Assembly (NCBI RefSeq): GCF_009914755.1
Contig: NC_060931.1
Length of the DNA stretch: 64,000 nt
Source: the human T2T-CHM13v2.0 reference genome, Homo sapiens
Direction: 5' to 3' (one strand)
Position 1 is the stretch's first letter, and each line of letters starts with the position of its first letter. This document shows positions 41,975 to 55,245 of the stretch, in pieces. A program made the translations under genes and the position numbers. The notes below the pieces were generated by a model. It did not search any database and was not told where the DNA came from. It saw only the letters and a list, made by a program, of their open reading frames with translations.

Positions 41975-42300
41975 CTATGCCTTGTGACTTGGATCCTTTT
42001 ATAACTTTGTCTGGAATATCATTGCAAGGTCTTAGCTCAAAAGTCCACTGTCTGCTGCAACTTCTCTGATGGTCAGCCCCCCACCCCCCATCTAAGTTTC
42101 CTCTTGTGCTCTATTTGCATTTTTATTTTGCTCCTCCTTTAATACTTACTACACTATAACTTTCATTAGAAGTAATTATGTACATTCCTAGTGTCTCCAG
42201 TAATCTATATGGCCCTTAAAGGGTGAGTTAGACTTGACTCATTTTTCCTAGAGCCTAGCATAGTAGGCTCATTGTAGGCACTATGAGTGCTTGTTCAACT
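41975..42300 (+). mobile_element. L2 3' fragment
   Basis: ggtcttagctcaaaagtc...agagcctagcatagt...tgtaggcact. Confidence 0.6.
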
Positions 42301-42613
42301 AATCTGCAAACGTTTCCAAAACTTTTCTGTAAGTGGGTTAGATGTTTATATATGTAGATCATGCTATTTTGTAATTCATTCAAGTGGGCAAGTTGAGCTG
42401 ATCTGTTCATACTATTCTAATCCACTGGAGATGAAGTCCACTGAAGAAGAGAGTCTTCAGTGGGTCAAATCTATCCCTTATGTCATTTCTGGTATTAATG
42501 ATACTGCTAAAGGAACATTATCAAAGTTCTGAGATAAAATTCACTAGGTGATATTTTACTCTTTAAAAAAAAAAAAAAAAAGAACAATTGCTCCTTCTGG
42601 TGTTTAGGGGAAA

Positions 42614-42868
42614 GGCAGTATAGCATGGTGTTTAAAAGCATGAAGTCTACAGCCAGATTCCCTGCATCTGAATCCTGCCTCTACTGTTTGCTGCCCATAT
42701 GGCCCTGGGATACTGACTTACCTGTGCCTTATTTTTTCCATTTATAAAATAGGAATATTAAAAATACCAATGCAATTGAATTAATATAAGGACTGAGTGA
42801 CTTAATGTAGGCAAATCACATAACATTTCTCTGCATGTGGTCAAACTTCAAGTGTTTATTATTGTTAT
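42614..42868 (+). mobile_element. MIR, near full length
   Basis: ggcagtatagcatggtgtttaaaagcatg...tgaatcctgcctctact...catttataaaatagg. Confidence 0.85.
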
Positions 42869-43819
42869 TCACCATACTTTCTAAGTTTTCCTCCCTTGAA
42901 TATTGAATTCTTTTAAAACAGCAGCCAACCATAAAACATCCTTCCAGTCTCAAAAACTCTCAAAACAGAATGGAAGAATAAAACCAATTTTTAAAAATGG
43001 TTTAGTTGTTGAAACACAAACTCTTTCAAATAAAGTGTCAAGTTTCTTAATAAAATTACATTAAGTCTTCAAATGTAAGAGGCCTAGGGAAATGTGAGTA
43101 AAAGTGACATCTTCTGCTTAATAATGATTTTTATACTCTGATGTAATTAACTTTTGTCTGCTATTTGAATTATATTTTAGACTTTATAGGATCCAGCTCA
43201 CACCAAACAAAATCCCTTCTATGTGCATGCACTTGAGTGCATACTACTACACTGGTTTTATAATCTGTAATTACCATAAAACCAAAGTGAAATGTCAGAT
43301 CAGGTTAAAATGAATATTTTCTCCTTTAATAAACTACAAAGGCAATCCCAGTTAGGATATTTAAATTTCCCTAAATAATATAATTGGCAGTTTCATTGTC
43401 TCATAATTTGCCATTTTTAAGCCAAAGTTCTGAATTTATTGTGCAATTATTTTACTTCTCCTACCTATAAAAGGCTACAGTTTCTAGGGCGAGCCAGTTG
43501 CCTTATAGAATTGACTAGCAATCATGCCTGGCATTTTTTTTTTTTAGCAGAATTGAATATGTATCGTCCAATTGAAGTGATTAGGGAAGGTGGGCAAGCT
43601 GAATGTAATTATCAAAGTTGGCCTGTGCCCAGCATCCTGTAGATGGCAGCCAGATGCTCTTATAAATGATGGGGTTTCTAGGTCTGTTTCTAAAGGGATT
43701 GCATGCCACTGGCCTTGCCAAGTTATAAAGTTATTTTCTCTTTTTCACTGTTCAAACTTGTAAAGATTACTCAGGCTTTTTGAAATGAAATTAGAGCATC
43801 TAGCGGTAGGTCATATCAA

Positions 43820-44091
43820 GGATGTTAGAGCAATCTGACAGTGACATCTGTCACTCCATTTATGCCAGATTTGATTTGAGGGATTTGGCTGGTGAAGTGT
43901 CCAGTGATTCCCTCACTGTTCTATATTTGTCATCCTGCCATAAGGATTGGCTACATCTTTAGGATGTCAACCAAGTCAAAGAGGGGAATACTCCCAGGTA
44001 GAAGAGGACCACAATGCAGTCCAAGCCACAGAGTTACTTGAACACTCCAGCTAGGATCTGAAAACAGATCCACAAGTTTCATATGGAGATG
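43820..44091 (+). pseudogene. Diverged, 3'-truncated 7SK snRNA retropseudogene (RN7SKP-type)
   Basis: GGATGTTAGAGCAATCTGACAGTGACATCTGTCACTCCATT is ~80% identical by eye to the remembered 7SK 5' end; collinear blocks follow (ttccctcactg, aagagg...tagaagaggacc, gctagga...aaaca, ggaga). Confidence 0.85.
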
Positions 44092-44227
44092 CCAATTTCA
44101 GTTTTACTTTTTGTTTGTAAAACATTACAGACATTTTTTAATGTAGTAAAATTGTTCAGTTAAATATAAATAAATTTAGGGAATCTCTTTATTCCTTAGT
44201 TCTTTAATTTACTGTCTTCTGGGAAAA

Positions 44228-44860
44228 CATTCATTTGGTCATTTATCCAACAAAAATTTAGTAAATATTCCATGCGAAGAGAATAGTACTTGGAAAAGCC
44301 TGGGGATGAGAGATAACATGGCAGTTCCAAGAGGGAAAAGACATTATTATGGCCAGACCAGTTTGGGACTAAGAACAAAAAGAAGGAATTTAAGATTTTT
44401 AAATAAGAAATAGATGATGAAACTGCATTTTCTGGCAGATTATTTTGGCTATACAATGTAGAAAGCATATTGGAGAGGAGGGGCAAGAGAAACTGTAAGG
44501 AGAACCACTAGGAGGTAATTGTAGAAATATGGACAAGAGATGATGCCCTGACACAAGATAGTGAAAATGAGAAGTGGACGAACTTTAGAGAATTTAAGAG
44601 GGAGAAGAATAGGATTTGGGAGGTAGCAGATAGGAGCAATGGCAAGGTTGGGAAGAAGACACACGAAATGCTTAGGTTTCTGATATAGGTAACTGGGTGA
44701 AAGGTGGTCCTATTTATTGAAACTAGAATACCAGATGGAAGATCAGGAGGAGATGATGAGTTTGATTCAGACATGCTGAGTTCAAGGAAAATGTGGGATA
44801 TGAAATAGAAATATCCAGTAGGCAGTTGTAAATATAAGTAGGTGGATAGGAAGGAAGACA
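44228..44860 (-). mobile_element. L2 relic
   Basis: cattcattt..caacaaaaattt antisense 3' end; gacaagagatgatg; gatgatgagtttgattcagacatgctgagtt. Confidence 0.8.
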
Positions 44861-46000
44861 ACAGAGGTCTTTGCTTGAGCCTAAGATATGCTCCCAGATA
44901 CTATTTTCCATAAGGGAATTAAAAACTTCCTAGGAAAGTAATCAATTCAGGAAAGAAAGTGCTAAATTTGGATAATGGACCAATGAGGCAAATATTGTAG
45001 GAAAAGAGTATCTCTGTACATAATATGTTGTCTATTTTCAGTACATTTCTTCAGCTGAGCTCTCATAGGTTTACATTAAAATTTTTGCATTAAAAGTATA
45101 ATAGATATTTTAAAGGGGTGGCCTTAATCAAAGCCCCATGGTGCCTTGAGATCAGGGCATCAGCAGCATTGGTGCCAGTTAAGTAGTCTCTGCTGACAAA
45201 TGGCAGGCTTCATGAGACATAGCTGAAGGCCCTGAAACATCAGGCATTCGCGGGTCTTGCCCTGTGTATCCAAAGACATCAGCAGTAGAAGGTTGGCTTT
45301 AAAGAGAGAATCAGGGGCAGCAGAATGTTGGCAGATGTGGATGGCATTGACTGAAACTATCAGCAGGAAAATAACAGGCACTACTGAGTCACCAAAAGAA
45401 CTAGTTGGTGGAGAACATGTGAAATCAGACATAAAAAATCAATTTAAGGAGAAAGTTGGTATGCCCTTGGAAGTGGTGGTGACAGAGCCAGAGATGTTCT
45501 CTTCTGCAACTTTTTTTGTGACATTATTTTTAACATTAGTCTGGGACAACCTAGGGGGAAAAAAGTCTACCTGTTGTATTGTATATTTGTCGTATACATT
45601 GAGAAGTCATGTTTTAACTTTTTTTAATGTAAATTTGATATTATTAAAAACCTAAAGCCAACTACTTTTTAAACAATATGGATTCTAGTTCATTAATCCC
45701 CAGTCAGTGGTTTAAAATGGAAAAAGTTTCTCTGCCTCTCTTTAGAATCAAATGATATGAATTTTCTTTATTATAGTTATGTGATTATTTTTATATCAGA
45801 TTTAATACTCAACTGAAATTAATCTCCCTACCATGAGTGAAAAGTAGAAGATGTGTGTCCCTAATTTAGATTTTAATTTTATCTAATCATTAATTCATTT
45901 TTGCATACAAGCTATGTTCTGTCAAATTAATTAATTAGGGCAATTTCTTATGGTCGCACATGCCAAACATTATAAGGGATTAAGAAAGGGCTATCAAATT

Positions 46001-46296
<296 letters not shown>

Positions 46297-47327
46297 AAGG
46301 AAGTGCTATCAAATTAAGTTTTTAATTTGATCTAATTTGATAAGAAGCAATATCTGGCGATAAAACTGCAAAGAGAGATAAGCTCCTAATTTTGGATTAA
46401 AACACTCAGAAACTCCAAACTACATAGTGTTATCATAATGCTTTATAGCCAGGCTTTGTATCTAGGCTCTGTTATTTTGCAAGCAACTTACTTTAACCTC
46501 TTTCAGCTTTAGCTTTCTCTTGGGTAAAATGAATAGCATATATATAATACTTGGAAAATATTAAATTTATGTGTTCTTATTTCTCTGTGTAAATCGTGTT
46601 CCCTTGATGCTACCCCCAGAATGAGGAGGATATGACATTAGGAGAAGTCACTGACATACAGTAAAGGCGAAAAAAAAAAAAAGGAAAAAGGAAAACAAGA
46701 AAACTTTTCTGGACCTAGAGGAGGAGGAGGAAAGGGAACAGGGAGTGAAAACAGTGGTCAGGCAGTGACCTAAATTCCAACCCCGCCCCCCAAACCTCAC
46801 GATTCAAACCTAAAGCATGCACCGGAGAGCAAGGATTAGGTTTTAAAAGGAGAATCAGTCAAAGGGGATATGGGGAAACCTTTAACCCAACTTCTTTGTT
46901 CAGACACTGGAAGGAAATTACCTCAGAGGAAAACAAAATGGGGCTGTCACATCAGAATAAAAATGGTGGTTAGCAGATGAGATGCCCGAAATGAATGTGC
47001 TGAGTGGGAATTTCAGCCCAGCCACAGGGAGATTGACAACACAGTTAGAGGCAAGGTTGGGCTGAGGCAACAGAGATGGCCAAACAACATGGGAGCTTCA
47101 CCAATATTTCACAGCTGTGGACTTCAACATAAGAGCCTGCGTTACCTTAAAGCACAGTATAAGTGTGAGGATCCATCTTCATCACAAGAAGGCACATAAA
47201 ACTTAACTTCCTTATTTAGAGTCCATCTGGAAAAGGAAGAGATAGAAGAAAATAGGAAAGATGAAGTATTTACACCTTCCACAAAAAGGGATGGTAATAT
47301 GGTGGGAAACAGTAACTTGCTTTAAGA

Positions 47328-47674
47328 TTTTTTTAACAGATAAAATTGTAGCTATTTACTGCATACAACATGATATTTTGAATAAGCCAGGCACAGTAAG
47401 ACAAATACCGTATGATCTCACTCAGATGTGGCATCTAAGAAAGTTGATCTCATAAAAGTAGAGAGTAGAATGGTGGTTACCAGAGGCTGAGGTGGTTGGG
47501 GAGCATGGGGGTTGGGCAAAGGATACAAAATTTCAGTTAAATAGGAGAAATAAGTTCAAGAGATATATTGTGCAAAGTGGTGACTACAGTTAATAATATA
47601 TTGTATTCTTGCAACGTGCTAAGAGAGTGATGTAAAGTATTCTCATCACAAAAATCGTAACTATGTGAGGCAAT
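47328..47674 (-). mobile_element. Short L1MA insertion with 5' inversion
   Basis: 47328-47381 is the L1MA terminus on the minus strand; 47381-47674 is the upstream 3'UTR on the plus strand. Confidence 0.8.
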
Positions 47675-47752
47675 TTCTTTTATTTGGAAAGTTGTCCTCA
47701 TTCCTCCCACCCTGCACCCCTACTACAGATTGAAATAAAATATGGTACACTG

Positions 47753-48760
47753 TCTCTCTCTCTCTCTCTCTATATATATATACACACACACACATATATA
47801 TAGTTTTATCTATATTTTAATTAAATGTATACACACAACTATATATGTAATATATGTGTATGTCTATATATAGTATATATATACTATATATAGTATATAC
47901 ACACATATATCTACTATATATGTCATATATATGATATATCTACTATATATCATATCTACTTTAATATATAGTATATATAAAATATATATAAGATATGGTA
48001 TATCTACTATATATCTACATATATAGTAGATATATATACTATATATCTACATATATAGTAGATATATACTATATATCTACTATATAGTAGATATATATAC
48101 TATATATCTACATATATAGTAGATATATATACTATATATCTACATATATAGTAGATATATATACTATATATCTACATATATAGTAGATATATATACTATA
48201 TATCTACATATATAGTAGATATATAGTATATATATCTACATATATGTAGATATATATACTATATATCTACATATATAGTAGATATATATACTATATATCT
48301 ACATATATAGTAGATATATATACTATATATCTACATATATAGTAGATATATATACTATATATCTACATATATAGTAGATATATATACTATATATCTACAT
48401 ATATAGTAGATATATATACTATATATCTACATATATAGTAGATATATATACTATATATCTACATATATAGTAGATATATAGTATATATATCTACTATATA
48501 TAGTAGATATATATACTATATATCTACTATATATAGTAGATATATAGTATATATATCTACTATATATAGTAGATATATATACTATATATCTACTATATAT
48601 AGTAGATATATATACTATATATCTACTATATATAGTAGATATATATACTATATATCTACTACATATATCTACACATATAGTAGATGTGTCTACTATATAT
48701 CACATATATAGTAGATATATATGTGATATATAGTAGATATATGTGTGTATACACGATATG
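47753..48760. repeat. (CT)n(TA)n(CA)n microsatellite leading into an AT-rich ~32-bp minisatellite
   Basis: Unit ctatatatctacatatatagtagatatatata starts at 48291, 48323, 48355, 48387, 48419 and 48451; about 20 units across ~48006-48660. Confidence 0.97.
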
Positions 48761-50139
48761 ATTATACACACTCTGAGTTAAATGTATAAATTTTCAGCCA
48801 TATTTACAAAATTTTTTAAAAGAAGCACAGAGCCCAGCCAGTGTTTCAAATGCGTTAACTGCCTAATAAAAGCATTTTCATTCACATTTAACATGCTTTG
48901 TTGAGTTGTTGAGTTACTGAGTGTTAATATGGCAGGCTTTCTGCTAGGCACTAGATACCACCATAGGTGGTCAAGGCACATTGATAGGGTCCCTGATTCC
49001 AGTGGGTTGTAAGGTTATAACAGGGATATTTAAACTAACTTGACTCTCAGAGTGAATTAACGCCTCGGGCTTCATAGGCAAGCCTTAATATATCAGTGGA
49101 GAGAAAAAAAAAAACACTATACAAAAAGAAGGAAAGAAGAGAGGGGCAAGAGTGGATGTAGTAACACTTCACCAACAATTATCCTGACTATTTCCAGGAT
49201 ATTTTGTATCTTACACAGCCAATGCTCATGCCTGACCTAATTCTAAAAGGAAAGTTAATGGGGACGACCATGAATGGCAACAGCATGGCTCACTGAGTTT
49301 TCAAGAGCTGATTCAGTCTGCCCCAAGGAGGTTCATCTTGCTGGTTAAATCATATCTTTTGAGAATCAGGAAAATTCAAGATGTTTGATGCTTGTAATAC
49401 CGGTTACTAAAAGCTGGTCCTAGTTTTTAATCTATATTTTAATTAAATATAATTTTTATGACAAAACGTTTGTAATTTATAGCAGTTTTCTCACTCAATT
49501 ATTTGAGTATAACAGGAGAGAGGATGCTATTTTTCTATGCTGCAACAATACTCATTTATAGGGGCTGTTAATGGTTTGGGGTATTTCACATACCTAACTG
49601 CAAGCCATATAATATTATAATGAGGTACTAAGGACCATTATTAATTTAATAATTCAAAGTTTAAATGCTGCAAAAAGAGCAACATTGAACAATTATTCCA
49701 GTTCCACAAATTATCTGTAGTAAAATTTCATTGAATTAATTTAAATTTTCTGAAGGAATTGCTGAGACTTGATGCAGCAGGTTATGGGGAGAGTGGGGTG
49801 GAAATTTTCATAGTTTGAGCCAAGGAATTGCTCAAGAGAGAACCCACAAGAAAATGTATGTTCTTATTCTAACACAGGACTTTGCATAGGTAGAGATGTT
49901 TCCTTAATTTGGATGCAGTCCAGAGCCTTGAAAAGCATTATTTATCAGTTGAGTCATTATGGGCTTCAGCTAAGAGGCTCATAGTTCATTACAGGAAGCC
50001 TTGGGAAAATGATTTCATGGCCAAGTTCCATATAAATTACAGCACAGGCTAACAGTAATATTCAGTAATAGTAGTCACCTAAACATTGTTAAGAATTTCT
50101 AATCCTAGGAAACAACATGTCATTGCTATGCCAGGTTTT

Positions 50140-50478
50140 CTTATGTAAACATGTTCATCCTCTGCATGAAATTGCTCTTCCTTCTGCCTGAAATGCCTTC
50201 CCCTCATTCTGCCCACGAAAAGCTTCTATTTTTCCTCCCATTTCATCTCATGACTTTCCTCTAAAATGTGCTCCTCAGGCCTTTCCTTTTTCTATTTTCC
50301 AACTGAACATTCTAACAAACTCCATTAAAGTACTTTTACTGCTGTATTCCAATATTTGATGGCATGTTTGTTCTAGACTGTGAACAACTTGAAGGTAGAG
50401 ATCATGTTTTTGATTTTCATCATTCTAGTACCCACTGGAGTGGCACATAAGGAGAGCTCAATTCTATTTGTTGAATTT
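50140..50478 (+). mobile_element. L2 3' fragment
   Basis: cttctgcctgaaatgccttccc...ctagactgtgaacaacttgaaggtagagatcatg...tggcacataaggagagctcaa...tttgttgaat. Confidence 0.8.
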
Positions 50479-50484
50479 ACTTTT

Positions 50485-50835
50485 GTTAATTAATTTTTAT
50501 TTTTATTTGAAGTTCCAGGGTACATGGGCAGGATGTGCAAGTTTGTTACATAGGTAAACGTGTGTCATGGTGGTTTTTGGTACCTATCAACACATCACCT
50601 AGGTATTGAGCCAGCATACATTGACTATTTTTCCCAATGCTCTCCCTCCCCTGACTCCACTCCCTGACAGGCCCCAGTGTGCGTTGTTCCCCTCCCTGTG
50701 TCCATGTGTTCTCATTGTTCAGCTCACTTATAAGTGAGAACGTATGGTGTTTGGTTTTGTTTTCTGTTCCTGGTAGATTGCTGAGGATAATGGCTTCCAG
50801 CTCCATCCATGTCCCAGCGAAGGACATTGTCTCAT
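50485..50835 (-). mobile_element. 5'-truncated L1PA7-10-like 3' end with perfect TSD, inserted in the L2 tail
   Basis: TSD ttgaatttactttt at 50471-50484 and 50836-50849; typical L1PA 3'UTR. Confidence 0.93.
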
Positions 50836-52864
50836 TTGAATTTACTTTTAAGATATTGAGTGGGTCAAACCAGGTCACTAGGTATCAGTTATAATGAGAG
50901 ATTTTTATTTGGGTTTTTCCTCCCGCATCTCCATTCTGGTTAATTGTATAACCACCACATCCTTCACTCAGAAGGCTCCACACAGTGGCAACATTCCAGT
51001 GGGTGCTAATAATGGACAGGCACTAATGAGGAGGACAAGAAGGAGAAGAGGACCTCGCAGATCATAAAAAGACGATCACATGCAAAGGGAGGGTGGAGCA
51101 CGGAGCAGGAAATGGCAGATCTGACATTTTGTTAAAGGAAGTTAGACTCGATTGTGGGCACTGAGACTTGAAGAGTTGAATGGATTTTAATTCGCTTGAA
51201 AAATAAAACAGTAGAGATTACAGAGGGAGAGCTTGTTAAGCAGTAAAGATGATGTTTACTTTTTAAAAAGTGTTCATCTTGAATAAATTACACAAAGAGC
51301 TAAACCAGAGGTCATGTGCTATTGATCAGTGGGCCTTACCCAGCTCCAAATGTGTATCATTTTGCTCATCCATTGTTTGAAATAGGGCAAATTTAAAATT
51401 CAAAAGATTTCACATAAAAATCTAAGTTTCTGAAACTTCTTTAAAAATGTGGAAATCTGGTGAAGCTTTGTCCACATGGTGACACCCTTGAGGAGAAAGC
51501 AGAGAAAGGCAGTGAAGATTGTAGGAACTGGAGTCAAACTGCTTCTGTCTAAAGCCAGCTCTACCTCCATGCACAGAACACTTCCTAAAATGAGACATGC
51601 CCATTCACATCAAAATAATAGCAAATGCTACTTTTAGTGATAGCATTATAGTTTTTAAGCATTTAAAAATTATTTTAAAATATTGCTTTTTCCATTTTAT
51701 TTCTTCTTTTTAAAATGTCTTTTGGATGTTTTATAAGATGAATTAGTTAGAACATATTGTACATATACACATAGATATATGATCTCCACACAATAAACAT
51801 ATCTTTAAGTCTCCATTTTATCAGTTAAAAAGTATGCATGTTTCAAGATCTTTTCAAAGACATTTTATTTACATTAAATTTAAAATTACATGGGTTTTAT
51901 GGGTAAATATCCTTTAACAAAGACCTGGAAGTTTCTGTAACCTCTTGTAAAACTAACTTGTTTGTTTTATGAATTCTTCAAGATAATGCAATTCATACTA
52001 AAGAAAGTTGAAGAGTACTAAATGTATACTTCAGTGCCTATATCAACCAGCAAATATAAATTCTAATCCTCTTGTCTCCTTCCCTCAATTTGGTTTCAGG
52101 GACCTGTCTGTTCAACCACAATAGTCCAAAACTTTGAACATTCTCTTTCCTTAACAAATTATTTAAAATGCAGCCACTAAAAAGACAGTTCTCTCTGGAA
52201 GCAAAGGATTGAATTACCTCACATGATCTCTTCTTGCCTATAATTGAAAAACCCCTTTGAACAAGTAGAATCATGGAATTTATGCTTGATTTATTTCTAG
52301 TCTTGATTGTTAATCATCACCTCTAACCACACATCGAAAACTGAAAGGGAATGGGCATGAATCAAGTCTTTCAACACCTTAGAGAGAGGTTTCATATAAA
52401 TACAAGGTACTATTCATAGATACCACACCTTAAATGACTTTCTTCTTTCAATAGAAAAGAAAACGAAATAAAGCCCAACCCCAAAAGCCTGCTGATCAGC
52501 TCGACTACCAGGGGACACTGATTATAGACTACAGGACTTTAACCTAGCTATTTGGCACCATTAGAATGTTTGATCTTTCAGTTACTAGAGTTTAAATGAG
52601 ATTTAACACCGAATTAAACTTGTGTCTATTTAAAGTACAATTTTTGAGCCTCTTAACTTATTGCAAATACAATAGCATTATGCCAAACCCTCAAAGTATA
52701 ATAACCTTCTTCCCCACCCTGGCATCTTCTGAGAAGTTCAGCAGAAGACTGTACCCACTTACTAAGTTTGAATCTTTTGTACTCCAGTTCTTTTCTGACC
52801 TCCAGATAGGTTTTCAACACAACCTTGGTCACCCGAGCATTTCTTTTAATAGAATACACCCTTC

Positions 52865-53068
52865 AGGATAGCAAAGTTAAATGGGCACATGGTGAAGCCT
52901 GGCTGTCCATGTTCATTACCAGCTCTGTCACTGAGTAGCTGTCCAAACTTGGCCAAGTTCCTTAATCTCTTTGTGGTTTTCTTCACTCCTTTGTAAAAAG
53001 AGAAGGATAATGTTACCTACCTCCTAGTACTGTGAGAATTAATCAGGCGATCTTTATTAAAGGTCTGA
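52865..53068 (+). mobile_element. MIR
   Basis: ccagctctgtcact...ttggccaagttccttaatctct...tacctacctcctag. Confidence 0.75.
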
Positions 53069-53214
53069 GTGCATATGTCCTTGCAATGCTACCCCTCCAC
53101 TGGAATGCAAGCATTTGCAGGCTCAAACCCATGTCCAGCACAGTGTATGTTCACTGAATATTTGTTAAATGAAGATCTTTTATTTTTACAAGGTCTTTAT
53201 AGATTCAGAAATAC

Positions 53215-53438
53215 ATATATTTATGGCATTTATTATATGCCAAACACTGTTCTAAGTACTGTACAAATATTCACTCATTTAATACTAAAAACATCCCTAT
53301 AAGGAAGGCAATAATATCATCCTATTTTCCAGAGGAAGAAACTGAAACACAAATAATTCAGTCAATTTGCCTGAGGTCACCTGCTCTTAAAGAAAATTCA
53401 CACCCAGACAGTCCTGCTCTTGAGTCCATGGTGCACTA
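53215..53438 (-). mobile_element. MIR
   Basis: tatgccaaacactgttctaagtact...gaagaaactgaaacaca...ttgcctgaggtcac. Confidence 0.8.
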
Positions 53439-53440
53439 TA

Positions 53441-53626
53441 CAGACTTCTCAAACCTCAGTGTACATAGGAATCTCCTGGAGAGCTTGTTAAATATGTATT
53501 TTAGAGTCTAGCCTTTGATATTTGAAAACAGGAAGTTGACGTTGGGGTCCAGTAATCACTATTTCTGCCAGGACCTAGGGGATTCTGGTGCAAGTTACCC
53601 TTAACCTACACTTTGAAAAAACACTA
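53441..53626. mobile_element. MER5A-type hAT MITE
   Basis: cttctcaaac...gaatctcctggagagcttgttaaa...gtgattctggtgca...acactttgaaaaaacact. Confidence 0.8.
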
Positions 53627-54107
53627 GACTAAGATAATGGTAAAACATTAGTCTGATCACTACACAAAATGAATGGCATGGATGAGAATAAGCTAGACTT
53701 TAGACCAACATGATACTTAATAACATTGAGCCAAAGATAATACTTTTATTCCATTTTGGAGTTATGTCTGGGCTGTGACATACCTCTGTATGAAATGACA
53801 GATAACAGAAAATATATCAGAGCCAAATGATGGAGTGGCAGTAAAATACCAATACTGAAATGCTCAACCAAGAGGCAGTGTAACCTGTACATGTGCAGAC
53901 AAGAAACCAACATAGCTTTGATGAGAGTTATTCGAAGGACTGCCATTTCTTCATGGTAAAGAAATCAAGCCTTTCATTTAGTCATATTTAGAAACCAGCT
54001 GAAATTCTCTGTGTCCATTCTAGACATTTAAATGAAAAAATGTGGAAATGCTTGTATAGCAAGGAGGGCCACACAATCAGGCTTGATTTCTGACAGGAAG
54101 AAAAACT

Positions 54108-54252
54108 ACATGGTATGGCTGACTTCAAAATGCTCATTTTTATGCATTTAATGTTCTAAAACTGAGATGTGTTTTACAATCAGTGTATTCATTAAATGGG
54201 GTAGTATTTTTCCCTTTCCATTCAAAATAGTACCTTAGGATTGAAAAGTACA
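54108..54252. mobile_element. MER104-like Tc2 MITE
   Basis: aaatgctcattttt..catttaatgttctaaaactgagatgtgttttacaatc...cttaggattgaaaagtac. Confidence 0.55.
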
Positions 54253-55245
54253 TAATAATTTACTTTTGAATTTACTTTTTAGGTGACACAGATTACAAAA
54301 AAAATTATAAAGCATAATTTTAAGTCGTAATAAAAAGAAAATTGTTTGCAACTACTATTTGTTTTTGAAAAGCTAAGCAAGTCTGTCATGATTTTTTTAA
54401 CACATAAATCAAGATTTAAATATCAAAATATAGAGTAACAAAGTAAAGATGAGTTAATTCACCACAATTTAAATTTTTCTAGGGGTGGCCATTTGCAAAC
54501 TACAAATAATCTTTGTTTATATGATCTCTCTCCAGCTCCCCTTACCTCTGAGTCTTCAAAGTCCATTTTAACACTCCATATGCCTTTTTACTCATGGTGG
54601 GGAGGTTTGTTTCAGTTGAGTATTATCTCTGATATAAAAAATAATCACATAACTATAATAAAGAAAAATCATATTACTTGATTCTAAAGAGAAGCAGAGA
54701 AGCTGTTTTTCCATTTAAAACCACTGACTGGGGATTAATGAACTAGAATCCATATTGTTTAAAAAGTAATTGACTTTAGGTTTTTAAAATAGAAACATAT
54801 CAAATTTACCTTTAAAAAGAAAGTTAAAACATGACTTCTCAATATATGTACCAAATATGCAACAAGTAGAGAGTTCCCCCTAAGTTGCCCCAGACTAGTG
54901 TTAAAAATGATGTCACAAAAACAGCTACAGAAGAGAACATCTCTGGCTCTGTCGCCACCACTTCCAAGGACATACCAACTTTCTCCTTAAATTGATTTTG
55001 TATGTCCAGGTTTCACATATTCACCAACCGGTTCTCTTGGTGTCTCTATAGTACGTTATTTTCCTGCTGATAGTTCCAGTCAAGGCTACCCATGTCTGCC
55101 AAGGCTCTATTGTCCCTAATTATTTCTTTAAAGCCAACCTTCTGCTGCTGATATCTACGAATATGTGGACCAAGATCCACAAATACCTGATGTTTCAGGG
55201 CCTTCAGCTATGTGTCAAGAAGCCTGCCATTTGTCAGCACAGCCT

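Noticed and set aside
45160-45655. 132-aa and 90-aa overlapping ORFs as a processed pseudogene
   Set aside because: No recognisable parent protein, poly(A) or TSD; only an isolated AP-1 motif near 45385
48000-48735. CRISPR-like array of palindromic repeats
   Set aside because: No unique spacers, low complexity, eukaryotic context, no cas genes; it is a minisatellite
50485-50835. Missing 3' end of the truncated L1 at 16360
   Set aside because: It has its own perfect 14-bp TSD, so it is an independent insertion
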